A DNA stretch of 42,702 nt from NCBI GenBank assembly GCA_964012805.1, contig CAXGUD010000032.1, forward strand, positions 1 through 42,702, given 5' to 3'. This DNA is from an uncultured Bacteriovoracaceae bacterium. Lineage in GTDB: Bacteria > Bdellovibrionota > Bacteriovoracia > Bacteriovoracales > Bacteriovoracaceae. The translations under genes and the position numbers were made by a program. Shown here piece by piece: positions 26,447-36,598 of this stretch. The notes beneath the pieces were generated by a model. That model saw nothing but the letters and a program-made list of their open reading frames with translations, made no database searches and was not told where the DNA came from. Position 1 is the stretch's first letter. Every line of letters begins with the position of its first letter.

Positions 26447-27817
26447 ATGTCAAAAAAAAATATAGTGACTGAAACACCTAATGTTCAGGGTCAATCAATA
26501 ACTGAAGAGCAAAGAGCAGAAGAAAAGCAGACCAAAAAAGATACGGATAAGTTTAAAGAAAATGATAAAAGCAAGGAAAAGAATAAAAATAGACAAAACA
26601 ACGACTCTGGAGGAAAACCTTCAAAATATAAATCCGGGGATGTTTTAAAGTTTGTCCGTGTACGTTTTCCTGGTAATGCTAAGTCTTTCCCCTTCATTGT
26701 AGAAAAGAGGAACTTTAGATACGGCCAAAAAGTCGTCGCGATGAGTGATAGGGGTATGACTGTAGGTTACATCAACTCTTTCCCACATAACGTTCACTTT
26801 AATAAGTCGATGCTTCCAATCCGTAATATTTCCAGAGAAGCTTCTCAAGAAGACATTGAAGAGCAGCGAAGTAATATTATGAAGGAAAAAGAGGCTGAAG
26901 TTTTATGCTTAAACCTCATCAAAAAATATGAGTTGGACATGACCTTAACTCATGTTGAGTTCCTTCACTTTGGTAAAAAAGCGGTCTTCTACTTCAATGC
27001 TCCTAACAGAGTCGATTTTAGAAACCTTGTAAAAGATCTTGTTAAAGACCTGAAAATGAGAATTGAGCTTAGGCAAATATCTGTAAGAGACAGGGCCGCA
27101 GCCTTGGGCGCAATTGGTCCTTGTGGTCTGCAAACTTGCTGTTCAAGTTTTCTCAAATCTTATGGAAATGTAAGTATAAAACTCGCCAAAAACCAAAACC
27201 TAGCCTTAATTGCGAGTAAAGTGAATGGCGTCTGTGGGCAAATAAAATGCTGTGTTAAATATGAAGATGAGGTTTATACAGAGAAGAAAACCCGCCTTCC
27301 TAGAGAAGGGGAAATGGTGAACCTCAAAAACGGTGATAAAGGTAAAGTCACAAAAGTTCATATTCTAAGTGAAAAGTTCGAAATTATGACAGATAAAGGC
27401 CAAATCAGGCGTTATGAATGTGGACTTTATGACTCTAAGAACAAGCTTCCTGATAATTGGGCCTTCCCATCTTCTTTTGACCATATTGTTAATGAAACAG
27501 CTAACTTGATCAAATTAGAAAAAAGTGAAGATGCTAATGAAAAGACTTCAGAAGGTCATGCCAAAGATAGTGGCAAAGAAGAGTCCAAGTCTACATTAGC
27601 TAAACCATTAAGCAATACAAGAAAAGAGGAAAGTAAAAAACCAGAAGACCAAAATAGAAGGCCTCCCTCAAGAAGAGATCCAAGAGACAACAAAAAACCT
27701 GCCGAGCGAGAAGCAAGGGATGGTAAAAAAAGTCAATCTCAAAGAAGAAGGCGGTTTAGAAAAGGTCGCGGACCAAATCCGGCCCAGAAGGCGCAACAAA
27801 AGAAAAAAGAACCTTAA
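26447..27817 (+). CDS. yaaT: PSP1 domain protein (YaaT/RicT family) with charged disordered termini
   Basis: RVDFRNLVKDL, RIELRQISVRD, GPCGLQTCC, LAKNQNL and GVCGQIKCC Fe-S-type Cys motifs. Confidence 0.9.
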   Translation: MSKKNIVTETPNVQGQSITEEQRAEEKQTKKDTDKFKENDKSKEKNKNRQNNDSGGKPSKYKSGDVLKFVRVRFPGNAKSFPFIVEKRNFRYGQKVVAMSDRGMTVGYINSFPHNVHFNKSMLPIRNISREASQEDIEEQRSNIMKEKEAEVLCLNLIKKYELDMTLTHVEFLHFGKKAVFYFNAPNRVDFRNLVKDLVKDLKMRIELRQISVRDRAAALGAIGPCGLQTCCSSFLKSYGNVSIKLAKNQNLALIASKVNGVCGQIKCCVKYEDEVYTEKKTRLPREGEMVNLKNGDKGKVTKVHILSEKFEIMTDKGQIRRYECGLYDSKNKLPDNWAFPSSFDHIVNETANLIKLEKSEDANEKTSEGHAKDSGKEESKSTLAKPLSNTRKEESKKPEDQNRRPPSRRDPRDNKKPAEREARDGKKSQSQRRRRFRKGRGPNPAQKAQQKKKEP

Positions 27818-27824
27818 AAGACAT

Positions 27825-27859
27825 AAAAAAAAGGAGTTTTTTTAAACTCCTTTTTTTTT
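27825..27859. terminator. Bidirectional intrinsic terminator
   Basis: A8-GGAGTTT-TTTT-AAACTCC-T9 between the convergent yaaT and asnS genes. Confidence 0.85.
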
Positions 27860-27894
27860 GTTTAAACTCTCTTTGGACCCTTAGGTTTTTCCAC

Positions 27895-29331
27895 CTAAAA
27901 CTGAACACTATTTGGCGTTCTTGGAAATGGTATCGCATCCCTTATATTACTCATTCCAGTGATATACATTACGGCCCTTTCAAAACCTAGGCCAAAACCA
28001 CCATGAGGACAGCTTCCCCACTTCCTTAGCTCTAAATACCACTCAAGAGGCTTTCTGCTCATTCCCTTTTCTTCAATCGCCCGTAAAAGAGGGTCCATCT
28101 TCTCTTCCCTTTCAGAGCCACCTATAAGCTCACCAACACCAGGAACAAGAAGGTCCATTGCCCGCACTGTTTTACCATCATCATTTTGCTTCATATAGAA
28201 AGCTTTAAAGGTTTTAGGGTAATCTGTTACGATAACAGGCGATTTAAAGTGAACTTCTGTAAGATACCTTTCATGCTCTGTTTGAAGCTCATCACCCCAG
28301 TTAGTTGGAAACTCAAACTTTTTATCGGCCTTAGAGAGAATCTCTATCGCTTCTGTATATGTGATACGCTTAAAATTCGAGTTCCTCACATGTTCTAAAA
28401 TTTCAAGGTGACCCTCTTTTCCATTGGGGGAGTCTCCAAACTTTCCTCCCTTAAGACGAGGTCTAAAGTTAAGGAATTCAAGCTCATCTTTACAATTATC
28501 AATAGCATAACCAACGAGATACTTAACATAATCCTCTGCAAGATCTGCAACGTCTTCAAGATGGGCAAAAGCAATTTCTGGTTCTACCATCCAAAACTCA
28601 GCTAAGTGTCGAGGTGTATTCGAGTTTTCTGAACGAAAAGTCGGGCCAAAGGTATAAACTCCACCTAAACCTAGAGCATAGCTTTCAGCTTCTAGTTGAC
28701 CTGTAACTGATAAGAAAGTTTCTTCTCCAAAATAGTCCTGATTATGATCTACCTTTCCTTTTTGGTTCTTTGGGGGATCGTTTGGCGAAAGGGTACTAAC
28801 CCTGAACATTTCACCAGCACCCTCAGCATCTTGAGCAGTTATAATAGGACTTCTCAAAAAGTAGAGCCCTCTTTCATGGAAAAAAGAGTGGGTTGCAAAA
28901 CTTAAAGCGTGGGAAATTCTTGCAATAGCACCAAAAGTTTGTGTTCTTGATCTTAAATGCGCCTGCTCTCTTAAAAATTCATAGGATGTCGCTTTTTTCT
29001 GAAGAGGGTATTCACCATCAGTTTCTCCAATAACCTCGACTTCCTTAGCTTGAAGTTCAATCGATTGACCCTTTCCACCAGACTCTACAAGCTTGCCTTT
29101 TACAGCTATAGCAAAGCCATTAATCATAGATGAGACCTGGTCATAATTGGCCAAGTCCTGATCAGCAATAATCTGTAGAGAGCCTTGGCAAGTCCCATCA
29201 TTTAAAACGATGAAGCAAAATGCTTTAGATTTCCTAACACTACGAACCCATCCTTTAACAAGGACCTCCGAATCAATAAGTTCTTTACCGTCTTTAAAAA
29301 GCTTTTTTAAAAGATGTCTTTTTGATGACAT
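27895..29331 (-). CDS. asnS: Asparagine--tRNA ligase
   Basis: GWVRSVR, LNDG, DAEGAGEMF, GPTFRSENSNTPRHLAEFWMVEPE, GFGLGFER, IPFPRTP. Confidence 0.98.
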   Translation of the reverse strand: MSSKRHLLKKLFKDGKELIDSEVLVKGWVRSVRKSKAFCFIVLNDGTCQGSLQIIADQDLANYDQVSSMINGFAIAVKGKLVESGGKGQSIELQAKEVEVIGETDGEYPLQKKATSYEFLREQAHLRSRTQTFGAIARISHALSFATHSFFHERGLYFLRSPIITAQDAEGAGEMFRVSTLSPNDPPKNQKGKVDHNQDYFGEETFLSVTGQLEAESYALGLGGVYTFGPTFRSENSNTPRHLAEFWMVEPEIAFAHLEDVADLAEDYVKYLVGYAIDNCKDELEFLNFRPRLKGGKFGDSPNGKEGHLEILEHVRNSNFKRITYTEAIEILSKADKKFEFPTNWGDELQTEHERYLTEVHFKSPVIVTDYPKTFKAFYMKQNDDGKTVRAMDLLVPGVGELIGGSEREEKMDPLLRAIEEKGMSRKPLEWYLELRKWGSCPHGGFGLGFERAVMYITGMSNIRDAIPFPRTPNSVQF

Positions 29332-29412
29332 TATTTTTTCCTTACAATTATTGGCTTAGTTTTAACTTTCCTTCTAAACTTTCTTCTCTTTAGAGGGAAA
29401 TGGCTTCTTTAG

Positions 29413-30429
29413 CTATTGGCTTAATTCGTTACCAAAATCCACTAACAGGGACTTAGGCTGCTCATTACTCAAACGTGCCCCAAACTGTGTCACAAGTTTT
29501 GAAGCAGCACTGCAGGCCAGGCTCCCGGCTTCTTTAAAACTCATGCCATGATTAATTCCGTAAAGGAAAGCTCCCGCAAAAAGGTCTCCAGCTCCATTTG
29601 AGTCTACGGCTTTAACTTGTGGTGCCTCTACATTTATAAATTTAGATGCATCATAATCATAAAGAAGGGCACCCTTCTCACCCAAAGTAATGGCCATCGA
29701 TTTAGTAACCTTCTTTAGCTGCTCCGCAGCTTCCTTAACATTATCCTCGCCAGTAAAGGCCATGGCCTCATGCTCATTACAGAAAAGAAGATCTATGCCT
29801 TTTCCAATGATCTCTTCAAAGCCACTTTTAAAGGTTGAAACCATAAAGGGATCAGAAAAAGTTAAGGCAACTCTAACACCGTTTTCTTCAGCAACTCTCT
29901 TTGATTCCTTAGCCGCATCTTTTCCTTTTTCTGTGCTGACAAGGTAGCCTTCCACATAAACCCACTTAGAAGCTTTTATAGACTCGACATCAACATCAGT
30001 TTTAGAAAACTCAGACGAAATACCTAAAAAAGTATTCATAGTCCGATCTGCATCTGGAGTAACAAAAACCAGGCATTTTCCAGTCGTTCCAACTGGCCTC
30101 CCCTCTCTCTCAAAGTTAGTTTTGACACCTGATTCAAGTAAATTATTGTAATAAAAGAGGCCAGACTCATCATTACCGACTCTAAAAGAGTAGGAGCTTT
30201 TACCTCCAAACTGGGAAACAGCAATTATTGTATTGGCCGCACTTCCCCCACAGCATCTTTTAGCATCTTTTAAATCAAGGCTTTTGAGAATTTCTTCCTG
30301 TCTTTCGCCATCAACCAAAGTCATTAAGCCTTTTTTAATCCCCATTTTTTCAAGAAACTCAGGAGACACCTCAAACTCCATATCAACCAAGGCATTCCCC
30401 AAACCATAAACATCAAAGTTTTTATCCAT
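29413..30429 (-). CDS. PfkB family adenosine kinase-like sugar/nucleoside kinase
   Basis: GNALVD, GGSAANT, RTMNTFLG, FCNEHEA, DSNGAGDLFAG. Confidence 0.92.
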   Translation of the reverse strand: MDKNFDVYGLGNALVDMEFEVSPEFLEKMGIKKGLMTLVDGERQEEILKSLDLKDAKRCCGGSAANTIIAVSQFGGKSSYSFRVGNDESGLFYYNNLLESGVKTNFEREGRPVGTTGKCLVFVTPDADRTMNTFLGISSEFSKTDVDVESIKASKWVYVEGYLVSTEKGKDAAKESKRVAEENGVRVALTFSDPFMVSTFKSGFEEIIGKGIDLLFCNEHEAMAFTGEDNVKEAAEQLKKVTKSMAITLGEKGALLYDYDASKFINVEAPQVKAVDSNGAGDLFAGAFLYGINHGMSFKEAGSLACSAASKLVTQFGARLSNEQPKSLLVDFGNELSQ

Positions 30430-30561
30430 TTTTTCTTTCCCTCATAAATCACAAAATGAAGCTGGATATTATTACAAGAGAATTAAAAAGTCATGATTTA
30501 GATAGACTGAGAATTAAAGAGGATCGGCTTTTTTGGAAACAATTACGCGATACACCAACGA

Positions 30562-30969
30562 TTATTCATAAGACGTCAAATAGATAACGAGGCTTTCAAT
30601 GGACTTTCCTATCTGAGATCCAAATTTGAGGACTTCCTCTGAGGAATTGTTTTCCACATCAACAGTATGGAAAGTATCAAAACAAAGACAGGAGCCATTC
30701 TTTGACATACTGCATATTACTTCATTGTAATCCGAAACAAATACATAATAACCACTTTCTATTTCAGGCAGTTTTTTTAGTCTTTTTTTAACCTCATTTA
30801 AGCTATTAGGCTCGACAATATAAACACCGCCAGCGTGAAAGTTAAAAAGAGGCCCATCGAGACTCGTATGATGAAAGTTGGCATCAAGGCCTTCTGCTTT
30901 CATATAGCCTTCTCTAAAATGACCCAGAAGGCCAGTAACTTTACCAACAGTCAAAACGTCCCTCCTCAT
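30562..30969 (-). CDS. Hypothetical protein
   Basis: 135-aa ATG ORF filling the gap, with protein-like composition; no recognised motif. Confidence 0.65.
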   Translation of the reverse strand: MRRDVLTVGKVTGLLGHFREGYMKAEGLDANFHHTSLDGPLFNFHAGGVYIVEPNSLNEVKKRLKKLPEIESGYYVFVSDYNEVICSMSKNGSCLCFDTFHTVDVENNSSEEVLKFGSQIGKSIESLVIYLTSYE

Positions 30970-31119
30970 TTAGTAACTGTAATCACAGTAACTAAGTTCC
31001 ATTCTACAAGGGTCTTTTTGCAATCCAAAGCTAGGCAATTTGGGGGCCCTCCTTATTAACAAAATATACATTTAAAATATAAGGAGCTTAACAGTTCAAA
31101 AATAAAAGGAGAAATAAAC

Positions 31120-31356
31120 TTGGATGAAGATGGATTATTTTTAGTGGCCATGTATGCTGATGATGCTAGCCCCGAGGACTTAAAAATGTTTAGACTCATG
31201 CAGGAGGTTACTTCGCTGAAAAATGAGATTAGGCAACTAATGAAAGCATCTCTGCCAAATTTCACTCTTATCAAGCGCTATCAAAAGCACATAGCCGAAA
31301 TGGAAGAAGAACTTAAAGTTATCCAGAGTAAAAAAAATGAACAAAGCTCTCAATAA
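31120..31356 (+). CDS. Small hypothetical coiled-coil protein
   Basis: AAAGGAG SD correctly spaced before a TTG start; helical heptad pattern; ends 1 nt from the convergent yaaA stop. Confidence 0.6.
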   Translation: MDEDGLFLVAMYADDASPEDLKMFRLMQEVTSLKNEIRQLMKASLPNFTLIKRYQKHIAEMEEELKVIQSKKNEQSSQ

Positions 31357-31357
31357 C

Positions 31358-32140
31358 CTAATAAGATCTATTAAATACGAACTCCTTGTTCGTTGACTCT
31401 TTCTTTGAAAACTTATAACCCATTTCATTAAAGGACTCTAAATCGCTTGGCTTTCGAATCCTTTCCTTGACAATAAACCTTGCCATCATTCCTCTTGCCT
31501 TCTTTGAAAAAAGGCCTATCACTTTAGGAGGATCATCAGAGCCTTTCTTTTTTTCCTTAAAAACAGGATTCACAACAGGTATGCTTAGACATTTCTCATC
31601 CACAGCAGAAAAGTACTCCTTGGAAGCGCAATTTACAACCCAGGATGCTTTGCTATCTTTTGCCAGCTTATTGAGCTCATCCGTTAAAGATTCTCTCCAA
31701 AATTCATAAAGGTTTTTAAAACCTTTGGGACCGAACTTTGTTCCCATCTCTAGTCGGTGGGGCATAATTAAATCCAAAGGACTTAGCATTCCATATAAAC
31801 CTGAGAGGACTCTGACAGACTTCTGAGCGTATTGAAGATCTCTTTTCGTCAATTGACCAACATCAAAGCCCTGATAAGTATCACCAATAAAAGCGAAGAT
31901 GGCTTGCCGCGATTTTTCTTTTTCTAAAGGTAACTTAAAGTCTTTGTACCTCTTGGCGTTTAGATCACCCAACTTTGCGCTAATCTTCATAAGTTTTGAA
32001 AGGTCAGCTGCTGACTTCTTTTTTAATTCTTTTACTAAAACAAGAGTTTGTTCAAGAAAGATAGGGTTTGTTGCCTGGGTTGCATTAGGGACTTCAGAAT
32101 CGAAGTCAAGTTTCTTAGCTGGAGATAGTACGACAATCAT
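31358..32140 (-). CDS. yaaA: Peroxide stress protein YaaA (UPF0246)
   Basis: LSPAKKLD, LSGLYGML.PLD, RLEMGT, NCASKEY, KKARGMMARF. Confidence 0.96.
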   Translation of the reverse strand: MIVVLSPAKKLDFDSEVPNATQATNPIFLEQTLVLVKELKKKSAADLSKLMKISAKLGDLNAKRYKDFKLPLEKEKSRQAIFAFIGDTYQGFDVGQLTKRDLQYAQKSVRVLSGLYGMLSPLDLIMPHRLEMGTKFGPKGFKNLYEFWRESLTDELNKLAKDSKASWVVNCASKEYFSAVDEKCLSIPVVNPVFKEKKKGSDDPPKVIGLFSKKARGMMARFIVKERIRKPSDLESFNEMGYKFSKKESTNKEFVFNRSY

Positions 32141-32176
32141 AATTGATAAAATCCTAAAAAATTTGGTTTCTAATTA

Positions 32177-33511
32177 TTAAAACCTAACCTTAACAAAAAT
32201 GGGGAAGTGGTCAGAATAACCTGCTTCTTCAGAATCCGTAGTCTCAAAATTATATTTTTTCGGCACACCGGAAACTATGCTACCATAAGTCCAAAAATCT
32301 GGGTCATCGTATTTAAAAGCCTTCGCAGAAAACCCAGGAGCATAAACTGTATAAGTATCAACATCAACTTCAAGTCCACCTTTTGAAAAGAAGTTGGAAG
32401 ACATTAAAAACCTGTCTAGTTGATTCCACTCCATGTTCTTTACATAAAAATAGGTCCCTCGGCTTATGAGGTTTTTAAGGGCCTTTGGGCCAGTTCTTAG
32501 AAAAACCTTATGAATATCAACAAGAAGAGACTCTCCGGCCATGGATGGCTCAACAGTCTCTGTTAAAACGCCTCGTATAGGCCTTGGAAAATCTTTTGCT
32601 ATTGTGTTGAAATCACCCATGGCAATGACTCTGGTTTCGGGGCGTTTCTTTATTTTTTTTAGGATAAGTTTCTTTAAATTTCTAGAGGCAATCAGGCGAG
32701 TTTGAGAAGGGTTTCTTTGAGAAGGCCAGTGGTTGATGTAAGTTATTAGCCTTTGCCCCTTTCCAACATCAAACTCAACCTCCAGTATACTCCTGGTGGG
32801 CATCGATATAAAATGATTACCCTCGATCTGATGTTCTTTGCTCCTAACAAACTTTAACTTAGAGGACGGGTTAAAGAGAATGGCAACATCAATACCTCTC
32901 TTATCCAGGCTATCTGTTACTATATACCTTTTGTAACCCAAAACTTTTGCCAACTTCCTCAAAACATTTTTATTCTCAATCTCACAAAGGCCTAAAATCT
33001 CAGGCAGGTGATCCCTCTCCCTAGTGAATAAATCTTTAATTTGTGAAAGTTTTAGATTTAACTTTTCTTCTGTCCAATTGGAGTTGATGCACTTCTCTCT
33101 GAAGTAATCACTCTTTATGAACTGACAGGCCTCTTTTTTGCCTGGGTAATCTTTAGGCAGGAATTCCCAATCGTTTTTTCCTACATCATGTTTAACATCA
33201 AAAAGGTTTTCGACATTATAAAAAGCGATCTCCAATTCTCCCTCTGCTGTGGAAAAGAGACCCTTTTCTTTTGGCTCCAGGGATACATCTATTTTAGGTG
33301 GAGGAGTCTTCTTTCCTTTAAACCCTGGGTTTTCATCGTTAGTCTTTGATGGGGGTAAAGGAGGTGGTGAAGGGGCTTGAGGCTCCTCAGAAACAGAGCT
33401 ATATTCATTTACAGAAAAAAGAGCGAAGGAACGGGACGAATCTACGATGGAGAAAATTATAATCGCAAAGCACAAAATAATTTTTTTCACACGATAACCC
33501 TTATTCCTCAA
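32177..33511 (-). CDS. Secreted endonuclease/exonuclease/phosphatase family protein
   Basis: Signal peptide, Pro-rich linker, FYNVENLFD, LCEIEN, NHWPS, MGDFN, GYSDHFP. Confidence 0.9.
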   Translation of the reverse strand: MRNKGYRVKKIILCFAIIIFSIVDSSRSFALFSVNEYSSVSEEPQAPSPPPLPPSKTNDENPGFKGKKTPPPKIDVSLEPKEKGLFSTAEGELEIAFYNVENLFDVKHDVGKNDWEFLPKDYPGKKEACQFIKSDYFREKCINSNWTEEKLNLKLSQIKDLFTRERDHLPEILGLCEIENKNVLRKLAKVLGYKRYIVTDSLDKRGIDVAILFNPSSKLKFVRSKEHQIEGNHFISMPTRSILEVEFDVGKGQRLITYINHWPSQRNPSQTRLIASRNLKKLILKKIKKRPETRVIAMGDFNTIAKDFPRPIRGVLTETVEPSMAGESLLVDIHKVFLRTGPKALKNLISRGTYFYVKNMEWNQLDRFLMSSNFFSKGGLEVDVDTYTVYAPGFSAKAFKYDDPDFWTYGSIVSGVPKKYNFETTDSEEAGYSDHFPIFVKVRF

Positions 33512-33698
33512 TTCAACTTCAAAAAAGCTGGGAAATAAGCCCCTTTCTCAAAAAGGTTTATTAGCTCGACTTTACGCAGTCAAGCTATTCCTTTTCTTCA
33601 ATTGAGGGTTTAGGTTGGTATTAAAAAAAATATGTTTAAATAAGTAAAGCTAAATATTTAATTTTTAAATGCTTTTTCTTAGAAAAGCGTTATTTAAA

Positions 33699-34550
33699 TT
33701 AAAAACTTACTTTCTCGATGACAGTAAATAACCTTTTGGTTCTCTTTTTTTGGTGCCAAAATAACCCTTTTTTGCACTCATCTTTCTTAGTTTTATAGAG
33801 ACCATCAAGCCCTTCTTTTTTAAAGGAAGCCTTGAAATCTTCCAAAAGCTTATCTGTTCTCCTTAACAGGACTTCCTCCTGCTTGGTGAAGTCATAAGAA
33901 CGAAAAATAAAGTTAACCCCGTTTTTTTTCCTCTTTAAGCTTTTAAGGGCCTTTGCCAAAGGACCTTCTTCTTCATATTCCTTCAAGATTGAGGAATAAA
34001 ATATGAGTATTTTCCCATCAACTTCTAGACGGTCTAAGAGTAAGGTGAGCATGTCTTCCCAGTCTTTAAGACCATAGAGACCATCCAGAGAAAATATAAT
34101 CTTATACTTTTCATTTTTTTGAAGAAAAAACGGGTCATGAAAGTTTCCCAACCTGAAGGTAACATCTGTCAATTCATTAATGTTTAGTTTTTTCCCTTTC
34201 TTAACTGCATCCTCAGAAAAATCAACCCCAACACCACTCAATTTAAGCATCTTAGAAACTTCAAGCGTGTTGTGCCCCATGCCACACCCCAAGTCCAAAA
34301 ACCTGTCACTCCCCCTTTTTGGAATCCCTTTTAACTCTTCTAAAAATAAATCCCATTGGTCGGAATCGATTAGATTAAATTGAGGAAGACTTCTCCCATA
34401 TAGAGAGGTGCAAAACGTTAAGTAAGCTTCGGAATTAAAAGCATCTCTATAAAAAGAACTGAATGCCTTAGACATTTTTCTCTGAAAAGAAGACCTCTGA
34501 ACAAAAGCCTTCTTTAGTAACTTAGTGAGTTCTTTTGGCCAGGAAATCAA
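33699..34550 (-). CDS. Class I SAM-dependent methyltransferase
   Basis: FLDLGCGMG motif I and GVDFS motif II. Start uncertain (TTG 34550 or the downstream ATG of MSKAF). Confidence 0.85.
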   Translation of the reverse strand: MISWPKELTKLLKKAFVQRSSFQRKMSKAFSSFYRDAFNSEAYLTFCTSLYGRSLPQFNLIDSDQWDLFLEELKGIPKRGSDRFLDLGCGMGHNTLEVSKMLKLSGVGVDFSEDAVKKGKKLNINELTDVTFRLGNFHDPFFLQKNEKYKIIFSLDGLYGLKDWEDMLTLLLDRLEVDGKILIFYSSILKEYEEEGPLAKALKSLKRKKNGVNFIFRSYDFTKQEEVLLRRTDKLLEDFKASFKKEGLDGLYKTKKDECKKGLFWHQKKRTKRLFTVIEKVSF

Positions 34551-35505
34551 CGACGGTCTCCATAACAGGAAGAGTCTTTAAAAATGAGTCTTTATTACTT
34601 CCAGTTAAGTGAGTTGAAACCTCTTTCAGGATTCCTTTGCAGTTTTCTAGCTTTTCTAAGGCCAAGGCTTCAACTTCAGAAGTTGCTTCTAACAAGGAAG
34701 GACCGTCAATTTTATCTTCGAGAGACTCAAGGCTGACCTCACCTTTTTTATAAAGGTCAAAGTTTTTAGGGTGCTTTTTAAACCACCTATAAACGACAGC
34801 ATTAACCACTCCATTTTTAAGATCAGTTTTCACACCCTTTTCTGAATTCTTTTTAAAATCCAAAGCATCATCCATAAATTGGAACCCCAGACCCAGTTGA
34901 ACACCAAAATCCTTCGCTAGCGAAACGATGTCATCTGAATATCCCGCAATGACCGCAGGGGCAAGGCAACAATAGCTCATAACGCTTGACGTTTTTTTCT
35001 TCGCAATAGTCTCAATAACATCCCAACTGTAATCTCTTGTTTGAGCAGCTTCTAACTGAATCCATTCCCCTTCAGCAAGATCCCTAATGACATAACTCAT
35101 TTCCCTCACGAGCTTAAGATTTCCCTCCTGAGTCAAATGAACAATGACATCCGCAAGAAGGTAGTCTCCAGTTAAAATTGCTTTCTTATTTGAGCCGATA
35201 ACATTTATAGAAGGTAAACCTCTTCTCATTTGAGCATTATCGATGACGTCATCGTGAGAAAGACTCGCAGCATGAACTAACTCTACGGCTCTAGCGTAGT
35301 GCTTCAAAGACTCTCCGGGAACATTAAAAAGCTCACCCATAAGAAAGGTCAAGAGTGGTCTTAAACGTTTTCCACCTAAAAGAACTGTTCTTTTGAGAAG
35401 GTCATTAATCTGTTTGTTGCAGTCTTCAGAAGGCGGCACTACATCTAGAGTTGTAACCTCTTTCAAAATTGTCTTAGGCAAGGAACTAAAAAATTCATTT
35501 ATCAT
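34522..35505 (-). CDS. Polyprenyl diphosphate synthase (IspB/HepT-like)
   Basis: GGKRLRP, HDDVID (first Asp-rich motif), RRG, KKT, FQFMDDALD (second Asp-rich motif). Confidence 0.93.
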   Translation of the reverse strand: MINEFFSSLPKTILKEVTTLDVVPPSEDCNKQINDLLKRTVLLGGKRLRPLLTFLMGELFNVPGESLKHYARAVELVHAASLSHDDVIDNAQMRRGLPSINVIGSNKKAILTGDYLLADVIVHLTQEGNLKLVREMSYVIRDLAEGEWIQLEAAQTRDYSWDVIETIAKKKTSSVMSYCCLAPAVIAGYSDDIVSLAKDFGVQLGLGFQFMDDALDFKKNSEKGVKTDLKNGVVNAVVYRWFKKHPKNFDLYKKGEVSLESLEDKIDGPSLLEATSEVEALALEKLENCKGILKEVSTHLTGSNKDSFLKTLPVMETVVDFLAKRTH

Positions 35506-35857
35506 TGAACCACCAATTAACGGGGTATGTCACATTTTCATCATAACGATCGATTTTTAGTACATTATAAGTGCCGCGTCTCATTGATTCTGTCAATAAT
35601 TGACCCGTTTAGCTAAATTGGATTTTTCTTAGTTCTTTCCAGTTTTTGCACCATTTTTTAAAAAAATCTTTTAGTCTAGACAAACACTATTAACTCTTTG
35701 CATATTCAATTCAAGAGGAAATTGAAGTCTGAGACCTAAAAAAAAGATTTTAAAATCATGATTAAAATAAATCCAACTTGTAAAAGTTTAAATTAAAAAA
35801 AACTCATTGTAAGGGATAGATTAGTTCAATGTGCTAAAGCTTGGAAGGAAAAAACGG

Positions 35858-36598
35858 ATGAAAACACAAATTGATGACAGAAAGAAAGAGTCTTATAAAA
35901 TTTTTGATTCCATAGCTCCAACGTATGACTCACTTAATCACATTTTATCCCTCGGAATTGATATTCTCTGGAGAAAAAAGCTTACCAAAAAATTACCAAC
36001 AAATAAGAAGCTGTTTGTTGTTGACCTGGCCACAGGCACAGGTGATGTGGCACTCCACCTTTCTCAGGAAAGAAACATTCAAAAAATTCAAGGTTTTGAC
36101 CTCTCTAGAAACATGATCGAGATTGGAAGGCAAAAGGTAAAAAATAAGAAAGTCGAGCATAAAGTTTCTCTCGATATCGGTGATGGAATGAACATCCCTT
36201 TAAAAGACAATTCGGTTGACGTCATCACCTTATCTTTTGGTATTAGAAACTTTAGTAACCCGCAAAAAGGTTTAGACGAAATTTATAGGGTTCTAAAGCC
36301 TGGAGGTCGAGCACTCATTATGGAGTTCTCTATCCCAAAAAATTATCTTATCAAAAAAGCCTACTTCTTCTATTTTAGAAAAGTTTTGCCTTGGATCGGC
36401 AATAAAGTATCAGGTCACAAGGATGCCTATACATACCTCAACAAAACAGTTGAAAGCTTTCCTTATGGTAAAAAGTTTTTAGGCCTTATGAATAAAGCTG
36501 GTCTTGAAAAACTGGAAGCCAACCCCCTGACTTTTGGTATCTCTACCTTATACGTTGGAAATAAGAAGGCTCCGACAGGGAATCTCTCTCATGATTGA
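35858..36598 (+). CDS. ubiE: Demethylmenaquinone methyltransferase (UbiE/MenG)
   Basis: FDSIAPTYDSLNHILSLG, DLATGTGD, FGIRN, AYTYLNKTV. ATG at 35858 follows a GGAAGGA SD. Confidence 0.95.
   Translation: MKTQIDDRKKESYKIFDSIAPTYDSLNHILSLGIDILWRKKLTKKLPTNKKLFVVDLATGTGDVALHLSQERNIQKIQGFDLSRNMIEIGRQKVKNKKVEHKVSLDIGDGMNIPLKDNSVDVITLSFGIRNFSNPQKGLDEIYRVLKPGGRALIMEFSIPKNYLIKKAYFFYFRKVLPWIGNKVSGHKDAYTYLNKTVESFPYGKKFLGLMNKAGLEKLEANPLTFGISTLYVGNKKAPTGNLSHD

Noticed and set aside
29349..29423. 10-bp direct repeat TATTGGCTTA near the asnS / PfkB junction
   Set aside because: Short and AT-rich, with nothing mobile between the copies; likely chance.
30835..31709. Alternative small ORFs (30835+, 31056-, 31237-, 31467+)
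   Set aside because: They conflict with better-supported ORFs (30562-, 31120+ with SD, yaaA).
35564..35596. Perfect TTGACA and TATAAT on the minus strand upstream of the polyprenyl synthase; also an FNR-like TTGAT..GTCAA
   Set aside because: The spacer is 21 nt, too long for one sigma70 promoter, and the FNR-like word has a 3-nt rather than 4-nt spacer.
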